A stretch of 64,000 nucleotides of DNA from a virus (lineage: Duplodnaviria > Heunggongvirae > Uroviricota > Caudoviricetes). Below the pieces are notes generated by a model. It made no database searches. It had not been told where the DNA came from and saw only the letters and a list, made by a program, of their open reading frames with translations. Location: IMG/VR virus record IMGVR_UViG_3300039208_000295. One strand, given 5' to 3'. Every line of letters begins with the position of its first letter. Within the stretch, counting starts at the first letter, position 1. A program made the position numbers and the translations under genes. Below, piece by piece: positions 52,627-62,231 of this stretch.

Positions 52627-53221
52627 GTTTCTTCAAAACACTTTCGATAATTTTAACTACTTGTTTTTCATTCGGAATTAAAAGTTGCTCAGGACCCTCA
52701 CTATTTCGCATATACCAGCCTTCGCGAAGAGGCCCCTTATCTAAACAATATTCTAATTGTCCTTTACCATTATACGCACTGAGACGCAACTGACCATCTT
52801 TATTTTCGATTAATATCTCACCATCTCCACCATTCTGGTTGATGGTCAGTCGTCCATTGGCACTTAAAATTACGTGCCCTTCGCCAGCAATCGAGGCAAA
52901 ATTACCACTAAAATCTCCATTGCCAGCATTCATTGTCAGGCTTGCAGATCCGACACCCGACCCCTGCATAGCAAAAAAGCCAGGACCAAGGGCGGTATAA
53001 GCTGCATCTGGGCAGCACCCGCTAGCCAGCAACGACGCATCGTAATATGCTAAAACTTTATCATAACCAACTAGGCTACCAGCTCCTGGAGTATCTTGTA
53101 ATAAGGTAACTGGTTGGTGTCCTACTGGAAATACGGATAAAGGAAACCCGTCAGGCAATTCCTGTGTTTCCAATCTAATTACATGATCAGCATCATATGC
53201 AGCTTGAAGTCCACTAACCAT
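52607..53221 (-). CDS. Fiber-family paralog (one repeat unit)
   Basis: LQAAYDADHVIRL and EYCLDKGPLREGWY correspond to the repeat motifs of the large fiber. Confidence 0.45.
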   Translation of the reverse strand: MVSGLQAAYDADHVIRLETQELPDGFPLSVFPVGHQPVTLLQDTPGAGSLVGYDKVLAYYDASLLASGCCPDAAYTALGPGFFAMQGSGVGSASLTMNAGNGDFSGNFASIAGEGHVILSANGRLTINQNGGDGEILIENKDGQLRLSAYNGKGQLEYCLDKGPLREGWYMRNSEGPEQLLIPNEKQVVKIIESVLKKHGLLDR

Positions 53222-53273
53222 GAGATTCCTACCTCTCTACTTCCGGGGGCTCTTGTAGAGCCCCCGGATATTA

Positions 53274-53594
53274 TCAGTCTAACAGGTCGTCAGCAATTAC
53301 CGACTTAATATAGTCAGCAAGCTTGACACCGTCAATTTTCCAACCGTCAGCCTCAGTATGCTCCAAGGTTCCCGGGTTAGAAGTCGGCTGGTTCGCACGA
53401 ACCACAAAATCTCCAAACGAAAGAATCGAAACAATACCAGGATCACCAGTTCCATTGATGGTAACACCACCAGAACCAGCAATGTCAACCACCGTCTCCG
53501 ACAGAATCACAAGGTTCTGCTCGGCCGTGTATTGTGCCGTCGTAGTAGACGCAAGGCAAATACCACTGGCGGTTAGATCAATTTGTCCACTCAT
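53274..53594 (-). CDS. Hypothetical structural protein
   Basis: 106-aa ORF. Confidence 0.4.
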   Translation of the reverse strand: MSGQIDLTASGICLASTTTAQYTAEQNLVILSETVVDIAGSGGVTINGTGDPGIVSILSFGDFVVRANQPTSNPGTLEHTEADGWKIDGVKLADYIKSVIADDLLD

Positions 53595-53609
53595 AGAGAA
53601 ACTCCTAAA

Positions 53610-54263
53610 TTAAGCACCACATCCAATAATCACTACCCTGCCCGCTTGGGCAACATTAAATTGCACTGTTACCGTATTGGCATCAGTTGCCTGAATTCTA
53701 TCGGGGAAAAGAACACGACGTGGACTATTGTCGTCAAACACTTCCACAACCACGTCAGTTGTCCCGAGGTTATGAGTAGCCGTCCACGTCGTAGCAGCAG
53801 TAAACGTTTCTGCATAGCAGTGTGGTACGCTATCGAAACCTAAAGCTGGGAAGTTCCACAATCCCGACAGACCTAAAGTATCTACAGACCATAAAAGTGG
53901 AGACGCGTCAGAGCTATCTTCAATAACGATGAATCCACTTGCAGGACTTGCAAAATCAACATTGCCGGTTAGGTTTGTGTCACCAAGAACTCCAACACTA
54001 TCAACGCCAGCTCCAGCACTAAGGTTTAGGAATGTAGCCCCACCGTCAACAGATACCTGGAAGGCACCTTGTTCATGATTAAACCTTAAAACACCAGACT
54101 GACCAAGCAATGGGTCGTGGAAAACACCGCTAACTTGATGAACATGATTAAAAGGAGCTAATGTGGTAATATCGAATGCATTTTGAGCATTCGGACCCAC
54201 ATTTACACCTAAGTTAGCAAAGCCACTTGCACCCGGCAATAAGTCGCCATTAATTCTTACCAT
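53610..54263 (-). CDS. Fiber-family paralog sharing the N-terminal domain
   Basis: GVFHDPLLGQSGVLRFNHEQGAFQVSVDGGATF closely matches GVWHDPMLGQSGVIRFNQALARFEQSVDGGVTF of the large fiber. Confidence 0.5.
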   Translation of the reverse strand: MVRINGDLLPGASGFANLGVNVGPNAQNAFDITTLAPFNHVHQVSGVFHDPLLGQSGVLRFNHEQGAFQVSVDGGATFLNLSAGAGVDSVGVLGDTNLTGNVDFASPASGFIVIEDSSDASPLLWSVDTLGLSGLWNFPALGFDSVPHCYAETFTAATTWTATHNLGTTDVVVEVFDDNSPRRVLFPDRIQATDANTVTVQFNVAQAGRVVIIGCGA

Positions 54264-54292
54264 GGTTGATATCCCCCTAAACAGAGATTACA

Positions 54293-54766
54293 CTAAACAA
54301 TTACCACCCTACCCGACTGGGGGCGATTAAACACCAGGCTAACTTGGTCTAAATTTTCGATAACAATAAAATCTGGAATAAGCACACGACCGCCGCCCGA
54401 AGCATTGTCGCGTACTTGTACAACCACATCTAACGTTCCTAAAGAATGAGTAAAGATTCCGCTGGTAATGTTGCTAAATGTAGCAGCAAATTTGGTAACA
54501 CCGCCACCAGCACCCGAAGCTCCCACACCATCAATAACGAGTTGATTGTCTACAATAGAAACAGAAATGCCATTAACGCCGATGGCATCAACACCAATGT
54601 TAATTGTAGATGCGGAAACTGGTGCAACCTGCACGCCACTTGTGCCCACAAGTGTTACGTCAGGTCCAACTAACCCATTGAAGGTTTGGATACCGCTGTT
54701 AGAGCCACCGCTCCCGCCAGAACCACCGAACCCACCAACAGATACAACACCCCCAACATTAACCAT
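54293..54766 (-). CDS. Hypothetical structural protein (Gly-rich N-terminus)
   Basis: GGFGGSGGSGGSNSG. Its C-terminus resembles that of the 53610 ORF. Confidence 0.4.
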   Translation of the reverse strand: MVNVGGVVSVGGFGGSGGSGGSNSGIQTFNGLVGPDVTLVGTSGVQVAPVSASTINIGVDAIGVNGISVSIVDNQLVIDGVGASGAGGGVTKFAATFSNITSGIFTHSLGTLDVVVQVRDNASGGGRVLIPDFIVIENLDQVSLVFNRPQSGRVVIV

Positions 54767-55209
54767 TATGCAAACTCCATAATGCGAACGTCAGATGTAC
54801 CACCAGAAATTCCATACACGGCTGTGTTTGGATTTCCAGTTAAATCAATAGCAATTTTCTCGCCTGCGGCAAGAGGAAACCCATCGGCAGTTGTAACCGC
54901 TGAAGAGTGTCCTAAATATAGGACAGATGCACCATCATTATGAATAACAATGGCTCTTCTATACTCCAGTGGACTAGGTGTTAGTTCTACAGCAGATGCC
55001 GTAACGTTCAATTGGCTTGATCTTAAACCAATACTAACTGAAAAATCCGCTGGATTACTAACTGCGACAGATTCTGCACGTCGGTTCCGAAGCGTGTCTT
55101 TGGCATTCGGAACTGGAAATGTTCCCTCGGGGAAGCTATAGACGGGACTCATCGGCTGCATATTTGCAACCGTGCCGCTTCCCGCAACAGTATTAACTTC
55201 GGTTGACAT
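54766..55209 (-). CDS. Hypothetical structural protein
   Basis: 147-aa ORF. Confidence 0.4.
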   Translation of the reverse strand: MSTEVNTVAGSGTVANMQPMSPVYSFPEGTFPVPNAKDTLRNRRAESVAVSNPADFSVSIGLRSSQLNVTASAVELTPSPLEYRRAIVIHNDGASVLYLGHSSAVTTADGFPLAAGEKIAIDLTGNPNTAVYGISGGTSDVRIMEFA

Positions 55210-55242
55210 AAGAGCCTCCTTTCGCTATGGAAGGGAGACCCC

Positions 55243-55677
55243 TTAGTAAACGATAAACTTTACTGTCGTAGTTCCTGTTGCGGTTCTGCCGAATAGGGAA
55301 ACATTATGTAACAATGGCAGCGTGATTCTATTATTTGGTGCCGATGTAGCCAATTCAAACGCTTCTGCATCTGCAAAGTCAGCAAAGTGCCCAATCAATA
55401 GAGCTTGTCCGCCCGTATTTTCTAAGACCACTTCTCGCGATCTCGGGAGCGGATTAATGTTGGGAGCAATAAGCTCAACCGCAGTCGTGCTAACGACCAC
55501 ACCCGAAGTGGCAACGGCATCTACCGCAACCACATCCTCCGGATTAATCACAACAACATTTGTGCCACGACGCTCTCCACAAGCTTCGTCGTTTTGGCCA
55601 CGCTGTTCTGTCGATAAAATTTGCGTAGTAAACGGAAGAGTTCCAGAGCCCACGCTAGTTGAAGACTCATAAGCCAT
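55243..55677 (-). CDS. Hypothetical structural protein
   Basis: 144-aa ORF. First gene of the structural block. Confidence 0.4.
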   Translation of the reverse strand: MAYESSTSVGSGTLPFTTQILSTEQRGQNDEACGERRGTNVVVINPEDVVAVDAVATSGVVVSTTAVELIAPNINPLPRSREVVLENTGGQALLIGHFADFADAEAFELATSAPNNRITLPLLHNVSLFGRTATGTTTVKFIVY

Positions 55678-55750
55678 TACATAACCTCCTTAAATTTAAG
55701 TACATACCGCATTGCGGTAAACAAAACTAGGCTGTTATGATAATACACTA

Positions 55751-55782
55751 AAGGCCGTCGCGGCTTTCGCCGCTCCGGCCTT
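55751..55782 (-). terminator. GC-rich hairpin downstream of thyX on the minus strand; putative terminator
   Basis: aaggccg-t-cgcggc-tttc-gccgc-t-ccggcctt, about 12 bp with bulges. Followed, in the minus sense, by moderately U-rich sequence. Confidence 0.4.
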
Positions 55783-55844
55783 AAGATAGTGCGTCAGAAG
55801 CGTCACATTAGACGCAATATAGGCTATAATGAGTCAGATTTGTC

Positions 55845-56606
55845 TCATCGCACGAGTGCTTTGAACGCGTTGGGGAATTCTCGTTCCGTTAACGTCTGGA
55901 TAGCCTTCGCATATTCCTGGATTTCCCACTGGGCTCCTTCGTGGATACGAAGTTTACAAAAATGAGCTACAGCTTGAAGAGAAACAGTCCAATAAAGCTC
56001 AGTATAAAAAGTAATAGGAAGTACCATACGAGCCTGTTCTTTGGCGACTCCCGCCTCCAACATGGCCTCATACGTCCTATACGAATTGCTGAGATTCTGA
56101 TCATAAATCTCCCGGACGCTGAGTGGATTATTTAACATTTCATTATCCACCATACCAGTCAATTCATCGGACAAATCACCTTCATCGCTGGCTTGTTTAT
56201 TGTCTTTCGACTGCGGTCGGAAGACTTCAGGCACGTAAAATTCTGGCTCAAATTCTACGTAACGACCAGACAGTTCATTCCATGCTGTATCTTTAAAGGA
56301 TCCCTGGCCAGCAGTCCATTCGCATCCAATGATGTGCTTCCACCATTGTCTCAAAACAACTTCAGGAGCCTTAATGTGAAATTGAATAACCGCGTGACGA
56401 TAAGGAGAAGTATGCCCGTGGCTGGCTAGATAATCTAGTAACTTACCATCCTTTTCCGGATCAAACTCTGCAACCTCTTTGCCGAAAGAAATCCTGGCAG
56501 CATTTACTGGCGTAATATCAGAACCTAATTTGTCCTTGACTGCCACGAAACCCTTGTCTAATACCGGCACCGCATTTTCCGGGATCGATGTTTTGGTTAC
56601 CCTCAT
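55845..56606 (-). CDS. thyX: Flavin-dependent thymidylate synthase (ThyX)
   Basis: HTSPYRHAVIQF and NELSGRY stretches match the ThyX R-H-R / S-x-R-Y signature region. Confidence 0.8.
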   Translation of the reverse strand: MRVTKTSIPENAVPVLDKGFVAVKDKLGSDITPVNAARISFGKEVAEFDPEKDGKLLDYLASHGHTSPYRHAVIQFHIKAPEVVLRQWWKHIIGCEWTAGQGSFKDTAWNELSGRYVEFEPEFYVPEVFRPQSKDNKQASDEGDLSDELTGMVDNEMLNNPLSVREIYDQNLSNSYRTYEAMLEAGVAKEQARMVLPITFYTELYWTVSLQAVAHFCKLRIHEGAQWEIQEYAKAIQTLTEREFPNAFKALVR

Positions 56607-56738
56607 ATAAAATTTGTCCTTTTTCGTTTTCTACGTGCGTTCCAATATGGTCGGCGTATTGCCATGCACGGTGTTTAAATTTCGCAATAAATGCTGCCTT
56701 GCCAGGCACCACAGTTAACGGCACAAAATAGAGTTCAC

Positions 56739-57041
56739 TCATGGGGTTACTAGTTCTTTGTTGGGCTGGATAAGTCCACTCTGAGCACGCTTGAGAACCT
56801 CAATAAGCTCAGCAGTAACTTCTTCCTCGTCGAAAGTTTTCGCAATAATAATTTCACAACTATAAGCACCGAGCGGCTGAATCATATCAATACCATCGGC
56901 CTTCATAAGCTCTTCAATGAAATTCTTAATTCTCTTTTTCGCAGTTAATACAAACCTTGTTTTTACTTCTTCCTCGGTTTGATCTTTTTCGTTAACGCGT
57001 TTGGCGTATTCAATGTGATAATCTCGTTTAGCGTTTACCAT
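56739..57041 (-). CDS. Hypothetical protein
   Basis: 100-aa ORF. Confidence 0.4.
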   Translation of the reverse strand: MVNAKRDYHIEYAKRVNEKDQTEEEVKTRFVLTAKKRIKNFIEELMKADGIDMIQPLGAYSCEIIIAKTFDEEEVTAELIEVLKRAQSGLIQPNKELVTP

Positions 57042-57050
57042 AATTTAGTC

Positions 57051-59090
57051 CTAAATAGTACAAGCGTCTCCGTCGCAGAATTTTGGTACAGCGTCTTCGT
57101 CTCGACTGCCGTTAAAAACAATTGGTTTCAAGTCTTTACAAGCCTCATTATATTGAGCTTGCGTAATTTCCTCATAAGGAGCCTGCACGTAGCCATGCTC
57201 GCTCAGAGGTAGGAAAGAGATACCCTTAAGCGTGTCCTCATTAAGTTCGAGAACATGTTGAATATCCCCTTGCTCTTCGGGTTTAAATGTCACTGTAATA
57301 GACACTTGGTTGTCTGCCCAGTATTTCTGGTAAACCACAGCATTATTAACCTGTTCCCAAATAGACACATCGTTCTTAGAACGAACGAAATCTTTTTCAT
57401 GAACTGGAAATGCTACAACAACGCTAGAATCTTCTTTGCCAACCTCTGGCTCGATAAAGTAGCCAGCATCGTCTAACAACTTAACAAGTGGCGAATTAAT
57501 ACTGAGGCGAATACGCCTCAGGTAGTATTCAGAGTGCGGATAGTGAATGCCCGGCGGCTCGCCCGGCAGTAGAGATACTGTACCACTAGGCTTAACAGAA
57601 GTTCTCTTAATTGATCTCGGAACGCCCAGCCAATCAGAGTAGATTGTGTCAAGCGTGTCGAGGAATCTATATCCCTCGTCACACCAACGAATCATCTCGC
57701 GACGACCCTGCTTAGCAAAGGCCCGAATGATGCCGCTCTGGCTTAGTCCAATTCTGCGATTTTTCGTCATAACAGCATTGGTTTCTTTCCAGTGCGTGGG
57801 CACCAGTGTAACCGTCTTGGCATACAGATACGCCACCTTCAATGTTTCCGTATATTCCTCGAATGTCTCGTGTCTTGCCGGGAAAGTTTCCACCAACGTA
57901 CAAAGCTCATAATTGTGTAGAGTTTGCTCAAGGCACGGATTGCCACCCACAGCATTTTTATCTTTCCAATTGGGCGGATCAACCATCCGACCATACGCAC
58001 GAGCATTGTCCAGCCATTCATAACCAGGCTCTCCATTAATTGCGGTTTGCTTGGCATGCCAAGAGTAATCCATACCAACCTTGGCAAAAATAGAGTTATT
58101 GCTTGCCCAGCGATGGTGCATCAGCTTCTCGTTGTCTTGCTTCAATTGAGCAAATTCTTTGTCTGTGGGCTCTCCAAAGATAATCTCGGCAGAACGTCGC
58201 ACATTACCGGCCACAACACAACGACCAATTAAATTACCAATATCTACAATATCGGCAGTACCCAAAACATCTTCGATTTTGGCGTCTAGGATCTCTTTAA
58301 TATAATCGTGCATTTCCTTCAGCGGCTCTGGACCACTTGAAAGACCACCGAATCCCTTAATCGGCTCGCCCGCTTCACGTAACTTACTATAATCAAATTC
58401 CGGTAAAGGAAGGCCCTTGGAATAAGAAAGTAATAGAATACGTAGGCTGTCGACCCAACCTTCGCGGGTGTCCGGAATTGCGAATGTTAAAATACCCTGG
58501 CGAAGACTTAAAGTTCTCTTGTCTGAGAGTTTATATGTCTCGCGAAGATCCATTAGTTGGCCATCTTCTACGTCTTCGGGAGGGAAGGCACCTAAGACTT
58601 GTAGTTTTCCCGCTCCACGAACATCGAAGCCAACGCCAACGCCGACCATAGACATATCCATAACGAACTCTGCCCACATTGAGGGTTCTTCGTCGATATT
58701 TTCTGTGCTGACAAAGCCACAGTTATTTAGACAGGCACCGCCGCGTTCTGCGACATAGTCCGTACCCATGGCCCACATACCTCGACCGGGCGGTAGAAAT
58801 TTAAAGTCCCACATAAGCTCAAACATTCGTTTGGCTGTACGTTGAGCCTTGCGTTCGTCCCAAGGTAAGTGATTGGCGTCACAGTGATTTTTCTGAATCG
58901 AAAACGTGCCTTCGACAATACGTTTAACTGTTTCCCAATACTCTTCAGTACGACTTTCGCCATCAACGGGGCGAGCATACGTTCTTTTAAAGGTAAAGAA
59001 ACCTAGCGGCCCCCATTCCGGCTGCTTGTTTCTATACTTTTTAAGAAATGTTTCCGGAAGATCGAAAGAGTGTTGAGCAATATTAAACAT
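57051..59090 (-). CDS. Ribonucleotide reductase, probably class II (NrdJ-like)
   Basis: 679 aa. Active-site-type motif GGNPCLEQTL (N-P-C-x-E). C-terminal Cys pairs. Confidence 0.7.
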   Translation of the reverse strand: MFNIAQHSFDLPETFLKKYRNKQPEWGPLGFFTFKRTYARPVDGESRTEEYWETVKRIVEGTFSIQKNHCDANHLPWDERKAQRTAKRMFELMWDFKFLPPGRGMWAMGTDYVAERGGACLNNCGFVSTENIDEEPSMWAEFVMDMSMVGVGVGFDVRGAGKLQVLGAFPPEDVEDGQLMDLRETYKLSDKRTLSLRQGILTFAIPDTREGWVDSLRILLLSYSKGLPLPEFDYSKLREAGEPIKGFGGLSSGPEPLKEMHDYIKEILDAKIEDVLGTADIVDIGNLIGRCVVAGNVRRSAEIIFGEPTDKEFAQLKQDNEKLMHHRWASNNSIFAKVGMDYSWHAKQTAINGEPGYEWLDNARAYGRMVDPPNWKDKNAVGGNPCLEQTLHNYELCTLVETFPARHETFEEYTETLKVAYLYAKTVTLVPTHWKETNAVMTKNRRIGLSQSGIIRAFAKQGRREMIRWCDEGYRFLDTLDTIYSDWLGVPRSIKRTSVKPSGTVSLLPGEPPGIHYPHSEYYLRRIRLSINSPLVKLLDDAGYFIEPEVGKEDSSVVVAFPVHEKDFVRSKNDVSIWEQVNNAVVYQKYWADNQVSITVTFKPEEQGDIQHVLELNEDTLKGISFLPLSEHGYVQAPYEEITQAQYNEACKDLKPIVFNGSRDEDAVPKFCDGDACTI

Positions 59091-60306
59091 GACGCGTTGG
59101 AAAGAATAGAGAAGCCCCAGGAATGTCGGTTTTACCTTTAAGTAAAAGATCTCTCATGATAACGCTAGACAAGAAGGCGTGCGAAATTCCATAGCCATTA
59201 AAGCCAGCCATGATATATTCGTTGGGCCTGTCAGGAAGTTGTCCAACTAGCGGCAAACCATCTTTTGTCTCACACATGATGCCACCCCATGTGTGTGTAA
59301 CTTTCGTGTTGACAAAAGGTAAAGACTCATTCAAGAAATCTCTTAGCCTACTAAAGACGGCCTGACTAACTTCTCCATCGTAAATAATGTTACGTTGAGC
59401 ACCACGAACGGCATTTCTCTTGCCACCAATTAATAGACGGTTGCCATAAGTACGAAAATACTCAGAACCGTAGTTGCAAGACATGCTCATGGTGGGTAAC
59501 TTATTCAAGGACTCTTCGGGCAATACGTCTGTCGAAATCATTTGCCCTCGAAATGGAACCATAAAGTCCTTGAATTCCGGGAGCAGCTCAGGCGTGTAGG
59601 CATTTGTACAGTACACTACTTTTTTCGCTCTGATAACACCCTTGTGTCGAATTGACACACTTAAACTACCGTCACTTTGTGGCGTAACAGACTCAATCGT
59701 TGCGTTCGTATAAATACGTGGACCAACTGACTCAATACTGCGACGAATATTATTGACAAGTTTGTATGGATTCAGTGTGGCTTCGATTGGAATGTAAGCT
59801 CCACCAACAAAAGTATCACTGGGAATAATAGACTTAATGGCTGATCTATCAAGAGTGATGCAGTTAGTGTCCGGAGCAATCTTGTTGATAAATTTTACTT
59901 CAGCTTCTAGCTTCCGAAATTCTTCTTCATCACAAGCTAATCTTAGTCCACCACCGACATGTAAGTCTACGTCTGCATTAGTGGTTTGAAGAATACGTGT
60001 AAATCGACGAATGTTGTGAGTTAAAAACAACGCATAAGCTCGGGCCACTGACGCGTCTTCGAAATCCGTAAAGTATTTGCTGCCACGTAACATAAGCTGG
60101 CCACTGCTGCGACCAGACGCATGGTAGCCAACCGCAGATTCTTCTGCGAGATAGACGTTATTGGACTTACTGCGAGCTAACTGGAAAAGTAGACTCATTC
60201 CAGAAATACCACCGCCAACAATTAGTACGTCTACATTTTTAACGAAGCTTACGCCATTAACGTGACGACTATCGCAGGTTTCAAACCAGTAGTTACTGTG
60301 TTTCAT
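59083..60306 (-). CDS. FAD-dependent oxidoreductase (DAO family)
   Basis: N-terminal dinucleotide-binding fold VDVLIVGGGISGMS. Confidence 0.6.
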   Translation of the reverse strand: MKHSNYWFETCDSRHVNGVSFVKNVDVLIVGGGISGMSLLFQLARSKSNNVYLAEESAVGYHASGRSSGQLMLRGSKYFTDFEDASVARAYALFLTHNIRRFTRILQTTNADVDLHVGGGLRLACDEEEFRKLEAEVKFINKIAPDTNCITLDRSAIKSIIPSDTFVGGAYIPIEATLNPYKLVNNIRRSIESVGPRIYTNATIESVTPQSDGSLSVSIRHKGVIRAKKVVYCTNAYTPELLPEFKDFMVPFRGQMISTDVLPEESLNKLPTMSMSCNYGSEYFRTYGNRLLIGGKRNAVRGAQRNIIYDGEVSQAVFSRLRDFLNESLPFVNTKVTHTWGGIMCETKDGLPLVGQLPDRPNEYIMAGFNGYGISHAFLSSVIMRDLLLKGKTDIPGASLFFPTRHV

Positions 60307-60478
60307 AGATGAGTTATGAGATAAAGCAGGGAACCCGTAAAGACTCCCAAGAGAATAGCATTACGATATCTAACAATAAAGTCAATCATCTAAGCAAGAA
60401 GTACTGATAAAATAATAGCAATAATAAAAAGACCAACCATAATCTCACCACCACCAAGAATGTCGCCACGTTCTGCCA

Positions 60479-60820
60479 TTACAGCATTTCCTCAAGAGAC
60501 GGTCCATCAACGCTTTCGCCCTCGGCAGCGGCCTTCATAGCCTGGAGCACTTTCTTAGCTTCTGTTTTAGTTGGCTGGAAATACAAACGATAATTACGTT
60601 GCTCACAAGACACACAAATATCGGTCAGTAATTCTACCTCATCACCAGATCTTGTCGTATACTTTTGTTTCTCTAAGTTAATTTCGTGACCATGTGGGCG
60701 ACGCATGCGAGGCTTGCCACATTGAGGACAAAACATGGCACGCACGCCATTAGTTTTTGTAAACTCCTCAACTTGACGTTGACGCTTAGCTGCTCGTGCT
60801 TCTTTAGTTCTTTTACTCAT
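60479..60820 (-). CDS. Zinc-ribbon protein
   Basis: CPQCGK...CVSCEQ. Confidence 0.4.
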   Translation of the reverse strand: MSKRTKEARAAKRQRQVEEFTKTNGVRAMFCPQCGKPRMRRPHGHEINLEKQKYTTRSGDEVELLTDICVSCEQRNYRLYFQPTKTEAKKVLQAMKAAAEGESVDGPSLEEML

Positions 60821-61284
60821 CCCGAACTACCAAACCCTTTCTCGCCTCGTGCCTTTTCTTCGGCCAATTCGTTGAATGTTTGTGGACCGATATCCTTAAT
60901 CCAAACTCCATTACGCTTTACTAACTCGCCTTGAACAATCTTCTGACCCTTTTCGATACAAAAAGGAGTAACGCCAGGAGAATAAGCAAGGCCACGAGGA
61001 TGTAAATAACGCAAGACAACGCCAAGAAGACCGGTATACCCTTCGTCAATTACACCAGCACCAACAATAATGCCCTTAGTGGCAAGACCAGAACGTTCTC
61101 GCAGTTCAAGGCCATATCCTTCAGGCAAAATTAGTCGAATGCCAGTTTGGATTACTTTAGTTTCTCCTGGCCGCAGCTCCACATATTCGGCCGCATAAAA
61201 ATCAAGGCACTGATCTGACTCATGTGCCTTGGTGGGGAGCTTAGCGTCGGGATGTTCCCGATACACTTGGATAGGTAGATTCAT
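60817..61284 (-). CDS. dut: dUTPase
   Basis: GIIVGAGVIDEGYTG motif. Confidence 0.8.
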   Translation of the reverse strand: MNLPIQVYREHPDAKLPTKAHESDQCLDFYAAEYVELRPGETKVIQTGIRLILPEGYGLELRERSGLATKGIIVGAGVIDEGYTGLLGVVLRYLHPRGLAYSPGVTPFCIEKGQKIVQGELVKRNGVWIKDIGPQTFNELAEEKARGEKGFGSSG

Positions 61285-61592
61285 TTCTTACCTACTACCA
61301 CCTCTTCTGTTCCATTCCAGCGAACCCACTCTTTCGGGAAGAGCGAACCACCCTGTTTGTGTTGACCATACGTGAGCTTAGCACCGCAATCAGCACAACG
61401 CACTTCATAGAAATTGTTGCTATCTACGCTACGCACCGCAAACCGCAGATTCTCTTTTCCACACGCCCCGCATGCGGAAACATCAAAAACCTCTTGGAAA
61501 ATAGCAAGTTGCGTGAAGACCGACTTCTGATCGTCGCCCTCAATTTCTACGGACATTCTACCATTCGGTGTAGTAAATCTTACTTTCATCAT
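61281..61592 (-). CDS. Zinc-ribbon protein
   Basis: CGACGK...CADCGA. Confidence 0.4.
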   Translation of the reverse strand: MMKVRFTTPNGRMSVEIEGDDQKSVFTQLAIFQEVFDVSACGACGKENLRFAVRSVDSNNFYEVRCADCGAKLTYGQHKQGGSLFPKEWVRWNGTEEVVVGKK

Positions 61593-62215
61593 TTTTCTCC
61601 TGCTTCTAGTTCAGCCTTACGTGCCGCACGTTTCGAGATCTTTGCCTTTGGCTTGGCTTCATTTAAATACGCCATTGCTCGTTGGCCCTCTACTGTGGTC
61701 AGTTGGCTAAGTTCAGCAATTTGTGAAGCCCTTACCGGGTCTTCAACACTTTCATTAATAACAGTAATTACGTCAATACTCTTCGACGTACACAGTTGCT
61801 CAATAGCACGTACAATGTTAGCATCAATAGACTTATTGGGTGAGGCATCAGTATTACCAAACCCAATCTCTTCCGCCGACAAAATACGAATTCCTAATGC
61901 GTCCTTTAGACAGCGTGCCTGTGCCCGAGCCTGGGCAATAGCAGTAGGATATTTGCGAAACTCGCCTTCTAAAGATGCAGCAGTAGCATCTGCTGCGGCC
62001 TCCCAAGAGGTGCCATCTTCAAATACGGCAGTAAATACACACTGCACCATCGTGGTGGCTGGCGTGAATACTTGGCATCCAGTCTTAATTAAACCAGCCT
62101 CGTCAGCAAGTCGCTTCAGGCCATTCAATAAAACGACAGTCTTGCCGTTCATCTCTGCCTTTTCCTCGGGGTCTAGTTTCGCTTCCCAGTCAATACCTTT
62201 ACGTTGTGCTGTCAT
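61589..62215 (-). CDS. Hypothetical protein
   Basis: 208-aa ORF. Confidence 0.4.
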   Translation of the reverse strand: MTAQRKGIDWEAKLDPEEKAEMNGKTVVLLNGLKRLADEAGLIKTGCQVFTPATTMVQCVFTAVFEDGTSWEAAADATAASLEGEFRKYPTAIAQARAQARCLKDALGIRILSAEEIGFGNTDASPNKSIDANIVRAIEQLCTSKSIDVITVINESVEDPVRASQIAELSQLTTVEGQRAMAYLNEAKPKAKISKRAARKAELEAGEK

Positions 62216-62231
62216 GTTGATATACTGTCTT

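Noticed and set aside
56518-56742. 74-aa minus-strand ORF overlapping the thyX N-terminus by about 89 nt
   Set aside because: The ThyX N-terminus (VPVLDKGFV...AARISFG) is conserved from its annotated start, so the overlapping frame is probably not coding. It is kept only as a remote possibility.
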